DNA from: a virus
Lineage: Duplodnaviria > Caudoviricetes
IMG/VR virus record: IMGVR_UViG_3300021090_000020
Location: 1-62,559 of that record
DNA: 62,559 nucleotides
Reading direction: 5' to 3' (one strand)
Shown here: in pieces, positions 37,138 through 46,022 of the stretch
How positions within the stretch are numbered: position 1 is the first letter of the stretch
Layout of the letters: each line of letters begins with the position of its first letter
Notes under the pieces: generated by a model
Databases searched by the model: none
Told to the model about the DNA's origin: nothing
What the model saw: the letters and a program-made list of their open reading frames with translations, nothing else
Position numbers and translations under genes: made by a program

Positions 37138-37552
37138 TGTGACCACTTTTGCGACCACCACGGTCGCGAAGCGGAGCGTTCAGCGGGGCCGTGGTGCTGG
37201 CCTTTTTGCGCGCGCCGGCCGGCGCTCGTCCCGATTCCCGACCGCTGGTCAATGGGATGGCCGGAGCGGTCGCTGTGACCACTTTTGCGATACGGGAGAA
37301 CGACGTTCGATTCGGTGGATTCGGTGGATTCGGGGTTTGCGGACGCCTCGAAAATGCCTGGGGCGCGCGGGTTACTCAACAAAACCAGCGGTGCCGGGTG
37401 AGAGAATTGAACTCCCGACCAACGGTTTACAAAACCCATTGAGGGGGTGGTGCTGCGACTCGTCATCATGCTCGTTTTCTCTCGCATTTATGGGCATAAG
37501 CTGAAACGTATGACGCTACAAACCGTTGGCACTGCGACTCTTTTTGCGACTC
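37138..37552. repeat. attP arm-type and accessory repeats
   Basis: TGTGACCACTTTTGCGA at 37138 and 37274; TGCGACTCTTTTTGCGACTC at 37533; three GATTCGG(T/G)G units at 37309-37335. Confidence 0.7.
37390..37436 (-). other. attP core: 3' half of tRNA-Thr(TGT)
   Basis: Minus strand GGTTTTGTAAACCGTTGGTCGGGAGTTCAATTCTCTCACCCGGCACC; no 5' half; ~120 bp from the integrase stop. Confidence 0.85.
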
Positions 37553-37553
37553 C

Positions 37554-38678
37554 TCACGCGCCTTTCTGCTCGGCCTCGGCCTGCGCCGGCGCGCCGCCGC
37601 CGTACATCGCCGCGGTGGCCTCCTCGGGCGTCAGGTACTTCAGGTAAATCTCGGTGGTGACCACGCTCTCGTGGCCGAGCTGCTTCTGCAGGTCGCGGAT
37701 CGTCCCCTCCCGGTTCCTGAGATAGTCCACGGCGTAGCGATGGCGCAGGTGGTGGAAGGCCATGCGCCGGAAATCCGGGTGATCGTGCCCGGCCTCCTCG
37801 GCGGCCTTCCTGGCGGCCTTCTCCTCGGCTTTGCCGGTCTTGTAGAAGCGACCGGCGACGTCGCGCAGCGGGCCGCCGTCCTCCTGCCAGAACAGCCATT
37901 TGCAACCGAGGCGGTGGGGCAGGCTGCGCAGGTAATCGTAGGCCGCGGTACTCAGGCTCACCACCCGCAGCTTGTTGCCCTTGCCGATGACGGTCAGTTC
38001 CTTGCGCACGCGATCGAGCCTGGCGACCTCGGCGGTGACCAGCTCGTCCTGCCGGCAGCCGGTCAACAGGGCCGCCCTGGCGATGGCGCCGATCGCCGGC
38101 ACGGCCCGCTTGAGCACGCGGTCGATGTGGGCGTGCTCGGGCAGCACGATAGGATCCCGCCGCTCCTTGAGGCGGGACTTCTTGCGGCCACCTGGGCGCA
38201 ACCAGGTCCCGATCGGATCGTCCTCGATCTCGGCAAAGGCGAGCACGCTGGAGAGCGCCGTCAGGTCGCGCTTGATGGTGGCGATCGACACGCCGGCCGC
38301 GCGCCTGCCCGCGACGATCTCACCGATCTTGGCCTTGTCGATCTCGTCCATGAACAGGTCGAGCAGGAACGGCTCGAGCTGCGTGAGCGACGCGGCGTAG
38401 CGTTCTGCGGTCTTCGGCCCTACGGCGTCGAGAATATGCCGCTCGGCCCAGGATGCCACCACATCGGCATATTTGATCCTGACGCCGTTGTGGAAGGCAA
38501 CAGCCTTCATCCGCCCGATATCCTCCTGGACGATCTGTGCCGCAAGTTCGACATCGCTCGTGCGTAGCGACCAGCGCCGGAGCTTGCCTTTGATGCGGAT
38601 GCGACCGTGAAGGGTGCCACCCCGCCACTCACAGTTCTTCGGGGCTTTGCGTTTGCGGCGGCTTTTCTCTGCTGGCAT
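37554..38678 (-). CDS. int: tyrosine recombinase / phage integrase
   Basis: TGCRQDEL (R), GKGNK (K), FHHLRH (HxxR), LGH...TEIY (H,Y). Confidence 0.95.
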   Translation of the reverse strand: MPAEKSRRKRKAPKNCEWRGGTLHGRIRIKGKLRRWSLRTSDVELAAQIVQEDIGRMKAVAFHNGVRIKYADVVASWAERHILDAVGPKTAERYAASLTQLEPFLLDLFMDEIDKAKIGEIVAGRRAAGVSIATIKRDLTALSSVLAFAEIEDDPIGTWLRPGGRKKSRLKERRDPIVLPEHAHIDRVLKRAVPAIGAIARAALLTGCRQDELVTAEVARLDRVRKELTVIGKGNKLRVVSLSTAAYDYLRSLPHRLGCKWLFWQEDGGPLRDVAGRFYKTGKAEEKAARKAAEEAGHDHPDFRRMAFHHLRHRYAVDYLRNREGTIRDLQKQLGHESVVTTEIYLKYLTPEEATAAMYGGGAPAQAEAEQKGA

Positions 38679-38875
38679 TGTTGCCTCTCCAAATCGTCGA
38701 GCCACGCACGCAACTTCACTTCGTCATAGGTCCACAGGCCGTCGATCTTGATCGCGCCGGGGATTTCCCCGCGCTCGGACTTCTGCTGCAGCCGGCGCTC
38801 TTTCAGGCCAGTGATTCCGCGTGCACAAGCACTGTCGATCCTCTCCGGCTGGATTGGAAGCGCCCGGGCGGTCAT
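38507..38875 (-). CDS. excisionase-like HTH protein overlapping int
   Basis: 'ITGLKERRLQ...GEIPGAIKIDGLWTYD..KLRAW'. Confidence 0.7.
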   Translation of the reverse strand: MTARALPIQPERIDSACARGITGLKERRLQQKSERGEIPGAIKIDGLWTYDEVKLRAWLDDLERQQCQQRKAAANAKPRRTVSGGVAPFTVASASKASSGAGRYARAMSNLRHRSSRRISGG

Positions 38876-38878
38876 TGT

Positions 38879-39457
38879 TCACAGCCTCGCGCGGTTAAGG
38901 CGTCGAGCGAGATAGAGGTTCACGCGAGCGCGGCGAACGCAGCCGGCGTAGGTCATACGGCCGATCTGCTCGCACCACCGCTGATCAACACCGCTCCTTG
39001 TCGCTCGCCCATGCCACGTCATTGCGTATTCTCTCCACATGCGGGCTTGGAAAAGACGCGCGTGCAATGACATTCCACCAGCGGGCATATTGACCACCAG
39101 CCCGCGCGTCGTCGGCAGCGGTTGCCTCAGTAGCCATTCCGTCACTTCAAGCGGGTTCATGCTTTCAACGCCTCCGCGAAGCTTCCTCGCCGGCTCGATC
39201 AGATCGCAAAGGTTCGCCTGCTTGGCAGCGCCTTCCTCGCCGTGCATGGCGACGTCCAGTTCACGCGTCAGGCGGCGCTTGTCGGCAAGGACTTCCTCGT
39301 AATAGGTTCTCACTTCGGTCAGCGCTTGCGCGATAGCTTCTGCAACAACGTCGCGCTGGTTAATGAGGCGCCCGTCGCGCATGACGTTCGATCCCCACGC
39401 GAAGAGGTTGACGATCTCGTTGGCGGTTTCTTTGTCGACGGCGAGGGGCGCGGTCAT
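38879..39457 (-). CDS. hypothetical protein (possibly two fused modules)
   Basis: 'LTRELDVAMHGEEGAAKQANLCDL' phage motif. Confidence 0.6.
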   Translation of the reverse strand: MTAPLAVDKETANEIVNLFAWGSNVMRDGRLINQRDVVAEAIAQALTEVRTYYEEVLADKRRLTRELDVAMHGEEGAAKQANLCDLIEPARKLRGGVESMNPLEVTEWLLRQPLPTTRGLVVNMPAGGMSLHARLFQARMWREYAMTWHGRATRSGVDQRWCEQIGRMTYAGCVRRARVNLYLARRLNRARL

Positions 39458-39744
39458 GGCTTCGCCTCCGGCTTCTGCCACAAGCTGCACGCCGGACTGC
39501 CGGCGAGAATGTCGCTGCCCGGCCCGTGCGTCCAATGCGCCTCAAGCAAGCCGCACTTGCGGTAAACTTTTGCATGCGCCACGCGCCTGATGTGCGTGCA
39601 ACTCTTGCAGGTCTCGCCGGCAGGGCCGGAGCCGGGCGGCTTGGCGTAGCCGTTTGGACGCAGTGTCTTGCGCGTGATGCTCTTGCGCTCATCGCGGGTG
39701 AGCAGCGGACCGGAGGCGAGCCTGAAAAGATCGGGCGTGTTCAC
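39454..39744 (-). CDS. Cys-rich hypothetical protein
   Basis: GSGPAGETCKSC.H...KC...DI....PAC. Confidence 0.7.
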   Translation of the reverse strand: MNTPDLFRLASGPLLTRDERKSITRKTLRPNGYAKPPGSGPAGETCKSCTHIRRVAHAKVYRKCGLLEAHWTHGPGSDILAGSPACSLWQKPEAKP

Positions 39745-40184
39745 GGCTTGGCTCCGGTTGTCTTTGCGATTTCGGCGCGCGCCCGGATAACAGGGTCTAT
39801 GTCGCGGTCGTATCGCATTTTCATCGCCGGATGATCTTTGGTCGCGGCGTAGTGGCCCTCAATCATGTCGGCCAAATCATCGGCACATTCTTGCAGCAGT
39901 TTCACTACCGCCGACATCGGATGCTGCTGGCATTGCGCGATGTGCGCCTTCAACGCGTCCGCCATGCTCACAGGCGTTGTCTCGCCAGGACCATAGCGAT
40001 GGCCGCAATAGACGCAGTTGACGTACATGCCGGATTGGAGATCGGCGACCCAGGCGTTGAGACGATCAATCTCGTCGGCTCCTACGTCGAACAAATCAAA
40101 ATCAGGATCGTAGTCGTAGGCGTCACCCGCGCCGTAACGTCTGCGCTTGAAGGCTTCGCGGAATTTCTTGCTCAGTTCGCTCAT
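39741..40184 (-). CDS. zinc-finger hypothetical protein
   Basis: CVYCGH...HIAQCQQHP. Confidence 0.7.
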   Translation of the reverse strand: MSELSKKFREAFKRRRYGAGDAYDYDPDFDLFDVGADEIDRLNAWVADLQSGMYVNCVYCGHRYGPGETTPVSMADALKAHIAQCQQHPMSAVVKLLQECADDLADMIEGHYAATKDHPAMKMRYDRDIDPVIRARAEIAKTTGAKP

Positions 40185-40402
40185 CGCTTCGCCCTCCCGA
40201 GATCGGTATTGAGCTTCGCCACGATCTGCTGAAGCTGTTGTTTATTCCTGGCCTGTACCGCGCGCCCAATTGCGGATTTCATCGGCTTGTCCCGCATCGC
40301 CTTTAGAGTGCATGACATGCAGATACCGCTCTCGGCGGCACCGCCTTTCCCGCACTCGGCGCATTTAATATCCATGTTGATCGTGATCGTCGGAACGCTC
40401 AT
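40181..40402 (-). CDS. small zinc-finger protein
   Basis: CAEC...CMSC. Confidence 0.65.
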   Translation of the reverse strand: MSVPTITINMDIKCAECGKGGAAESGICMSCTLKAMRDKPMKSAIGRAVQARNKQQLQQIVAKLNTDLGRAKR

Positions 40403-40884
40403 CGCTTCGCCCTCCTGAGATTATTCCGCGAGCGCAGCGGCATCTTGGCCTTGGAAAACGGCCGGCTAGGAATCCTGCGCTTTGGCTTGAGCCGCGAGCG
40501 CTGCTCAATCGCCGCCGTGAGATTGGCGACGAGCTGCGTATCGCCGTCCGCTATCGCGCGCCGCATTTTACTCAGGCGCAGGCCGTCGCGGACGTGGCGA
40601 TCGCGGGCAGCTTCCCCCACGTCTGAGCCCCTGGTGGTGACAGTGCGCTCCGCGCCGGCCTTGCGCCCGAACGTCTTCTCGTCGTGCGCCGGCTTTTCCT
40701 TGAGAAAGATTTTGCTCGCGTCGTGCTGCGGCGGTATGAAATCTTCGGCCTCGGTGTCGTAGGAGCGGTTGGTCAGGGCCGGATCGTGGTCAAGCTGGTA
40801 GCGCTTGCGCACGGCACGCTCCACCGCCGCCGGAATCGACTTGCGGTAGTCGGAGGTTTTGAACGCGCCAGGCGCGAGGATCAT
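40399..40884 (-). CDS. degenerate HNH-like protein
   Basis: DHDPAL...H..KT...D motif, basic C-terminus. Confidence 0.55.
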   Translation of the reverse strand: MILAPGAFKTSDYRKSIPAAVERAVRKRYQLDHDPALTNRSYDTEAEDFIPPQHDASKIFLKEKPAHDEKTFGRKAGAERTVTTRGSDVGEAARDRHVRDGLRLSKMRRAIADGDTQLVANLTAAIEQRSRLKPKRRIPSRPFSKAKMPLRSRNNLRRAKR

Positions 40885-41114
40885 CCGATCCACCTCCGCA
40901 CATCGTCATAGTCGGCCGCGGAAACGCAGGCGGTGTCGGCGCCGGTCGGCAACGCGCTGACGCGCCCGAGGTCTGCAACCTTGGCGTAGCCCAGCACTTG
41001 GCGGCCACGGCAGAACATCACCTTGCCCGCCTGCACGATCTGGCTTTCCTGCCAGTCCAGGTCTTTGAGCCGGTAGCGATCGGTGACGGAGAGGGTGACG
41101 GTGGGGGCGGTCAT
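40881..41114 (-). CDS. hypothetical protein
   Basis: In-frame ATG at 41114 where GC returns to the phage norm. Confidence 0.5.
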   Translation of the reverse strand: MTAPTVTLSVTDRYRLKDLDWQESQIVQAGKVMFCRGRQVLGYAKVADLGRVSALPTGADTACVSAADYDDVRRWIG

Positions 41115-41441
41115 GTTGTTCAACTGTGGTAAACGCCGGGCTAGAACATATTGGTGCAGAATGTCAGGCCAAATGTTGTATTCTGGTAGTCTCTTGCCGC
41201 CTGTTGACGAGCCGCGCGTTGCGCCGTGCGTGATTGAGCGAGCAGCAAGCACGTCAAGTTTAAGACACCCGCACGATCTAACTCTGCCGTGAGCAAGATC
41301 ATGACCAACTGCGATGGTTTCCCGGCCGCAGTCGCATATACATCGCCAGCGCGCTACCTTATGTCCCAGCGCGCGGCTAAGAACCAATAAGCGACCGCAT
41401 CGCTTTCCTGTAAGCTTGTGTTTGAGGGGCCGACCCATCAC
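41115..41441 (-). pseudogene. truncated homing-endonuclease N-terminus
   Basis: GKRCGRL.V...WRCICDCG...L..G..RSCGC...THG...EYNIW, then breaks off. Confidence 0.65.
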
Positions 41442-41447
41442 GCGCCC

Positions 41448-41894
41448 CTACTTAGGGCGGTGACCAACCCATTCGAGAATGTGCTGCTGCATTCGCCTGC
41501 TGGAAATATTGCCAAGGTAATCACGGCAAAGAATTTCGATAGCCACGTCCACGTAACTGGAAAACTCTGTCTGATCCATAAGAGGGAATGCCGTCGATTT
41601 GAGTCGGACCGCGATGGCGCCTCCGATCTTAGGCGACTTGACCATGATGATCTGTTCGACCAAGCCTGCCTTGAACTTAACCTCGCAATGCAAGGCATCC
41701 GGGTTAGCGTCGATGGCTTCGGCCACCTTACCGATGACCCCCCTATACCAACGCTGCAATTTGAGATTTCGGTTGAAATGCGTCTGCACTTGCAGCGGCT
41801 CACTGTGCCGGATGCTGCGCAGGCGTTCCTCATCGAGAGGCGTAGCCGCGACCAGCGCGGGACGGCGCGGATCGCGGACCATGAGCAGGTCCAT
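41448..41894 (-). CDS. DUF1367/NinB-like protein
   Basis: 'LH..VKFKAG...STAF..MDQTEFS.Y'; follows RecT. Confidence 0.6.
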   Translation of the reverse strand: MDLLMVRDPRRPALVAATPLDEERLRSIRHSEPLQVQTHFNRNLKLQRWYRGVIGKVAEAIDANPDALHCEVKFKAGLVEQIIMVKSPKIGGAIAVRLKSTAFPLMDQTEFSSYVDVAIEILCRDYLGNISSRRMQQHILEWVGHRPK

Positions 41895-42032
41895 GCGCTC
41901 GATATAGTCATTGCAGATTGCCGCATGGTTAAACCTCGATTAAGTGCCCGGATTTCTTCCCGTCGCTCCGGGCGGCGACGGTCGTGCATGGCGGGCCAAC
42001 TGGAGGGAAAGACCCGCCGCGCCAGAAGCTCG

Positions 42033-43232
42033 TCAGCCCGCCGTCATCAGGTCGGCCATGCCGCGCTCGGGTGCGGCCTGGGCGGTGTGGGCTTTGTTCT
42101 TGTCGCGCGCGGCGGGGTGGCGTTCCTCGGGCGCCGGCTTGGGTTCCGTCACAGGCGGTGTGCCTTCGCCGCTCTTGCCTCCGTCCGGCTCGTCCTTCTT
42201 CGGATCGTCGCCGCCGTCGTGGCCGTTGCCGGGGTTCTTGGCGATCTCCTGCTGGCGCGCCATCAGCGCCTTGCCGATCTCGCGAAACTCGGCATCAGTC
42301 AGGCCGTCTGCGCGGGTGACTTTTTGTGCGAAGTTCTCACAAGCGGCCATCGTCTCAAGTCCCGGTATCTCGGCGAGCAGCGTGGCACTTTCCGTTTCCG
42401 CGAGTGGTGGTGCCTCGCCGACCACTGGCGGCAGGGCCTTGCGTTCGCCGTCCGCTGGCGGCTGGATGACATTGGCCGGTTGGCGCCTTCCTTTGCCGTT
42501 TGGTTCGGCGTCGAAGTTGAACAGGTCATCATCCCGCCTTGCGATCTGCTCTAGCGGCTCCGACACCGGCACGCTCTTGATGCCACGGCGGATCACGGTC
42601 TTGCGCCACGCCTCTTGCTGGAACTTCGTCCACATGAGGCTGCCGGGGGCTTTAGATTGCGCCTGCACCGACTCTATCTGCGCAGCGTCCATGACCTCTC
42701 GATGCAGGATGCCGCTGGCGTTGCGGAACACCGCATAGGCGCCGATCATCTTGCCTCGCTGGCTGCCGAGTTGCGCGGGCTTGTGCTCGATCTTCGGCTC
42801 GTCGCCTTCTTCGCGGACAAAGAGATCGTTCTCGTGCACCACCTGGGCATTGATGAGGATGCCGTCGAGTTCACGCGCCCGCTTGCGCAGTCCGTGCGTC
42901 ATCGGGTTCCACTGTGCGACTTTTTGATAGGAGCCGTCTTTTTGTTTTTCGTTGTAGATCGTGATGACACCCTCGCGCCCATCGGGCAGCAATCCGTCCT
43001 GGGCGCTCTTGGCGATGGCGGCAAACAGCGAGCGCGGGGTGGCGGTGAGCAAGTCCGGCGTCTGCTTTATCGCCGCGATGGTCGAGTTGATGAACTTCTG
43101 TTTGCTGACATTCTGCGGCAGCAGGCCGATGATCGACTGTTCACGCTGATGCAGCTCGGCCTCGAAATCTTGCCAAGCCGCGAGAGCGCGGCCACGCTTA
43201 GGGGTGTTTTCAGTTTGGGTATCGTCTGTCAT
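42033..43232 (-). CDS. recT: RecT-family single-strand annealing protein
   Basis: SLFAAI..SAQDGLLPD.REG, AQVVHEND.F, IGAYAV, W...WRKTVIRR..K..P. Confidence 0.9.
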   Translation of the reverse strand: MTDDTQTENTPKRGRALAAWQDFEAELHQREQSIIGLLPQNVSKQKFINSTIAAIKQTPDLLTATPRSLFAAIAKSAQDGLLPDGREGVITIYNEKQKDGSYQKVAQWNPMTHGLRKRARELDGILINAQVVHENDLFVREEGDEPKIEHKPAQLGSQRGKMIGAYAVFRNASGILHREVMDAAQIESVQAQSKAPGSLMWTKFQQEAWRKTVIRRGIKSVPVSEPLEQIARRDDDLFNFDAEPNGKGRRQPANVIQPPADGERKALPPVVGEAPPLAETESATLLAEIPGLETMAACENFAQKVTRADGLTDAEFREIGKALMARQQEIAKNPGNGHDGGDDPKKDEPDGGKSGEGTPPVTEPKPAPEERHPAARDKNKAHTAQAAPERGMADLMTAG

Positions 43233-43243
43233 GGTACTCTCCT

Positions 43244-43891
43244 TTACTTGACGCGCTTTTCCACGGCCTTCACCTGGTCGTAGAGCTTCCGCATCGCGAG
43301 GAAGCACTCGACCTCGGCATCAAGGCGAGGAAAATAATGGTGGGAAAAGTCGCCTTCTTCCTTGGCGAAGCGGGCGAGGTGAAAGCCGCCGATCAGCAGA
43401 TGCTCGGGGTAGTTTTCTTCCCACAGCACCTTGTAGCCGGCGAGCTGCAGAATGTAGTCGGCGTAAACGGCGTTCGAGGTCTTCCAGTCGAGCAGGACAA
43501 GCTCGTTATTGTTCAGCCCGACGGCATCGAGCCGGCCACCGTATTTGTGCGTCTCGCTGACCAGCGACACTTCGGTGTGGCGGATCGTGATTTTGTTGCC
43601 GTCCATCCACTTGAGGAAGGTCTCGTAGGCGGCGCGCGCCTTGGCAATGATTTCGGGATCGCCAGAAAGATCAGGGAGCGGGCGCGTGTTGATGTGCGCT
43701 TCGACGAGATCGTGCGCCATGGTGCCGGCAGTCGCCGCTGGCGCGCGCGCTTGCTCAAGCGTCTTGCCGTCAAGCCCGGCTTGGTTTGCCCAATAGAGCA
43801 GGCCGCCGCTTTCCTTGAAGCGCGACAGAATGGTGGTGACGCTCGGCAACCGTGTGCCGGCTTTGTCTTTATAAATTTCTCGAACGGCCAT
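43244..43891 (-). CDS. PD-(D/E)XK exonuclease
   Basis: LPSVTTIL, GT.AH, E..L...YGGRLD, LDWKTS, QLAGY. Confidence 0.88.
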   Translation of the reverse strand: MAVREIYKDKAGTRLPSVTTILSRFKESGGLLYWANQAGLDGKTLEQARAPAATAGTMAHDLVEAHINTRPLPDLSGDPEIIAKARAAYETFLKWMDGNKITIRHTEVSLVSETHKYGGRLDAVGLNNNELVLLDWKTSNAVYADYILQLAGYKVLWEENYPEHLLIGGFHLARFAKEEGDFSHHYFPRLDAEVECFLAMRKLYDQVKAVEKRVK

Positions 43892-43895
43892 GACG

Positions 43896-44252
43896 CTATA
43901 CTCCCTTGGTTGAACGGTGTTGCTTGCGCCGCCGCTCAGTCACCACGTTCATCGTGGTGCTGAGCAAGTTCGACGCGATGGCGTGCAGATCGCCGCGCAA
44001 GGCGATTTCAAGTCGTGCCGCGGCGGAAATAGCCAAGGCAGTGTCGCTCTGCGCATTGGCCAGATTAAAATCCCCGAGCGCCATATTGGCTTCGTCGAGG
44101 GCGCCACGAAGCCGCGATATGTGCAGCACGGCGCCCGGGGACAGCAAAGCGGGTTGTTCCTCGAATTGAGCCGGCGGGAGCGCGTCAGACGCCTCGATCA
44201 GGTCCGGCTCTTTCGGTTGTGACCGCTCGATGAAGGAGGTTTGGGCGTTCAT
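43896..44252 (-). CDS. hypothetical protein
   Basis: 118-aa ORF in the early operon. Confidence 0.55.
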   Translation of the reverse strand: MNAQTSFIERSQPKEPDLIEASDALPPAQFEEQPALLSPGAVLHISRLRGALDEANMALGDFNLANAQSDTALAISAAARLEIALRGDLHAIASNLLSTTMNVVTERRRKQHRSTKGV

Positions 44253-44253
44253 G

Positions 44254-44862
44254 TCACGCCCCCAACATCAATCGCTGGTCGCCTTCAATATGGGCGGCAA
44301 TCTTCTGGACGAGAGCCAAGCAATCCTTACGGTCACTCACGCCGCCAGGGCCCCAATGCTCGTAGGAATCCTTGATCGAGAGATTGTGGCAGCCGGCCAG
44401 TACGCGCCATTGACCGCGGATGGTGACGCCTTCGAAATTGTAGCCGCGCGAATCGCAGCCCGCGTAGAAATAACCGAAAGGACAGGGATCGTTCACCACG
44501 TTGACCCCCGGCATTTCCGGCAGCGACGTGAGCGCGGCGCAGCCCCTCGCGTCCAGGGTCTTCACGTTCGGCATTTCCGGCAGCGACGTGAGCGCGGCGC
44601 AGCCACTCGCGTACAGGTACTCGACGTTCGGCATTTCCGGCAGCGACGTGAGCGCGGCGCAGCCACTCGCGTACAGGTACTCGACGTTCGGCATTTCCGG
44701 CAGCGACGTGAGCGCGGCGCAGCCCCTCGCGTACAGGGTCTTCACGTCTTCCCTTTTCATCGCCAGAAGGGCGGACAAGGACATGCGCTCGTCGTTGACG
44801 ATGAGAAAGATTTTGTCGGCGTTCATGGTGTCCTCATTTTTCTGCTTTGTTCGGTCGTCCAT
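44254..44862 (-). CDS. leucine-rich-repeat protein
   Basis: Four 20-aa repeats VxxLxAxGCAALTSLPEMPN. Confidence 0.85.
   Translation of the reverse strand: MDDRTKQKNEDTMNADKIFLIVNDERMSLSALLAMKREDVKTLYARGCAALTSLPEMPNVEYLYASGCAALTSLPEMPNVEYLYASGCAALTSLPEMPNVKTLDARGCAALTSLPEMPGVNVVNDPCPFGYFYAGCDSRGYNFEGVTIRGQWRVLAGCHNLSIKDSYEHWGPGGVSDRKDCLALVQKIAAHIEGDQRLMLGA
44510..44748. repeat. 60-bp coding tandem repeat, 4 copies
   Basis: GCATTTCCGGCAGCGACGTGAGCGCGGCGCAGCC at 44511, 44571, 44631, 44691. Confidence 0.95.
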
Positions 44863-44863
44863 G

Positions 44864-45130
44864 TCACGCCACCCTTACTACGCGCGGCAATTTGTCTTCG
44901 AGCTTCCGCCCCACCACCTGGATGAGTTCGCCCACGGTGTTGAATTCGAAACTGTCCGGGTCGAATAAGATGCTGAATTCCTCCTCGATCTCCATGGACA
45001 GATCGAGGCGCACGAGATCGTCGGCGCCCAGGTGATCGCGGAAGTGGGTGTCGTCCTTCAACGTGGCGACGTTCACCTTTATGTCGGGATGGCGGGCGAC
45101 GATCTGCTTGATGCGCTCGGCGGTGGTCAT
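44864..45130 (-). CDS. acyl carrier protein homolog lacking the phosphopantetheine Ser
   Basis: ERIKQIV...F..HLGADDL...L.MEIEEEF.I...FNTVGELI. Confidence 0.85.
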   Translation of the reverse strand: MTTAERIKQIVARHPDIKVNVATLKDDTHFRDHLGADDLVRLDLSMEIEEEFSILFDPDSFEFNTVGELIQVVGRKLEDKLPRVVRVA

Positions 45131-45594
45131 GAAACAACCTCATGCGTTGCCGCGATCAGGAGCGACTTGAAGGTCGCGTTCCATGTTTTCCCACCCTGAT
45201 AGCCAAGGTCCTTGCAAAGCGCGGCCATGGCTTCGAGCTTGGTGGACCCAAAGCCGACCGGCGATTCCGGCATCGAGCCGCCATTCGGCAGCGCGCACCA
45301 TTGGTCGCCATCGCGGGTGATCTCGACGCCGTCGCCTACGCGCGATGCGAATTTGTCGGCGTCCGCGTCATCGCACCGCCACAGGGCGGCAAGTTCTTTG
45401 ATGCGTTCCGGGTCTGCGCCAAGGGAAAGCGCCTCGACCAGCACCGTCCACGCCATTTCGCGGTCGGACGGATCGCAGGGCCACATTGCGCGCGCGAAGT
45501 CGCTCTCGCGGATATCGGCGGCGGCGCCTCCGTCCTCACGCTTGTAGATCAGCGAGCCGTTGGTGTGCAGGTAGTACCAGCCGATGATGCTCAT
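45127..45594 (-). CDS. conserved phage hypothetical protein
   Basis: 155 aa; 'DGDQWCA...ESPVGFG.T..EA'. Confidence 0.7.
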   Translation of the reverse strand: MSIIGWYYLHTNGSLIYKREDGGAAADIRESDFARAMWPCDPSDREMAWTVLVEALSLGADPERIKELAALWRCDDADADKFASRVGDGVEITRDGDQWCALPNGGSMPESPVGFGSTKLEAMAALCKDLGYQGGKTWNATFKSLLIAATHEVVS

Positions 45595-45660
45595 CTTTTC
45601 ACCCGTGCTGCGCCAGCGCGTGGGCTACTTCCGCCACCGCATGTCGGCCGGCATTGCCTT

Positions 45661-46022
45661 CATGCTTATCCGCTTTCAACATGCCGCTACTCCCACTTGG
45701 GTTCGTTGAACTGCCTACATGGATCGTCCGGCCAAACCATCGTGTCTCGTACGAAGCCCTTGCGAAAGCCGTCATAGTCCTCGCTGCCGTCGATTAGGGA
45801 CCGACGCAGCATTTCGGTACAGCGCGGGCAAATAGCCCTATTGGCGGCCCTCGTATGGACAAGGTGGCCGCAGTCCAGTTGAACGACGAACTTGCGTTCA
45901 CGGATCATCTTTTCAGCGTTAGCCATCGTAATCAGCGGCTCACGGCTGATGATTTTTTCAAGCGGTGTCTTTGCCGAAAGCATCAACATTTAGCGCCTGC
46001 ATGTTGAAAGCGGATGAGCATG
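45661..46022. mobile_element. non-autonomous passenger cassette with 24-bp TIRs and 8-bp TSD (IS1595-family-like)
   Basis: TIRs CATGCT(T/C)ATCCGCTTTCAACATGC (23/24 identical); ATTGCCTT at 45653-45660 and 46023-46030. Confidence 0.9.
45687..45989 (-). CDS. passenger zinc-ribbon-like protein
   Basis: LDCGH...CPRC; fills the cassette. Confidence 0.7.
   Translation of the reverse strand: MLMLSAKTPLEKIISREPLITMANAEKMIRERKFVVQLDCGHLVHTRAANRAICPRCTEMLRRSLIDGSEDYDGFRKGFVRDTMVWPDDPCRQFNEPKWE

Noticed and set aside
37390-37436. A third functional tRNA
   Set aside because: Only the anticodon-to-3' half is present, next to the integrase; this is the attP core.
36969-37487. 172-aa ORF with a lipobox-like LTAC
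   Set aside because: It runs through attP and the arm repeats; the lipoprotein-like tail has no nearby start codon, so at most a remnant.
44510-44748. Regular repeats as a CRISPR array
   Set aside because: Period is exactly 60 bp, in frame, with near-identical 'spacers'; they encode LRRs and no cas genes are present.
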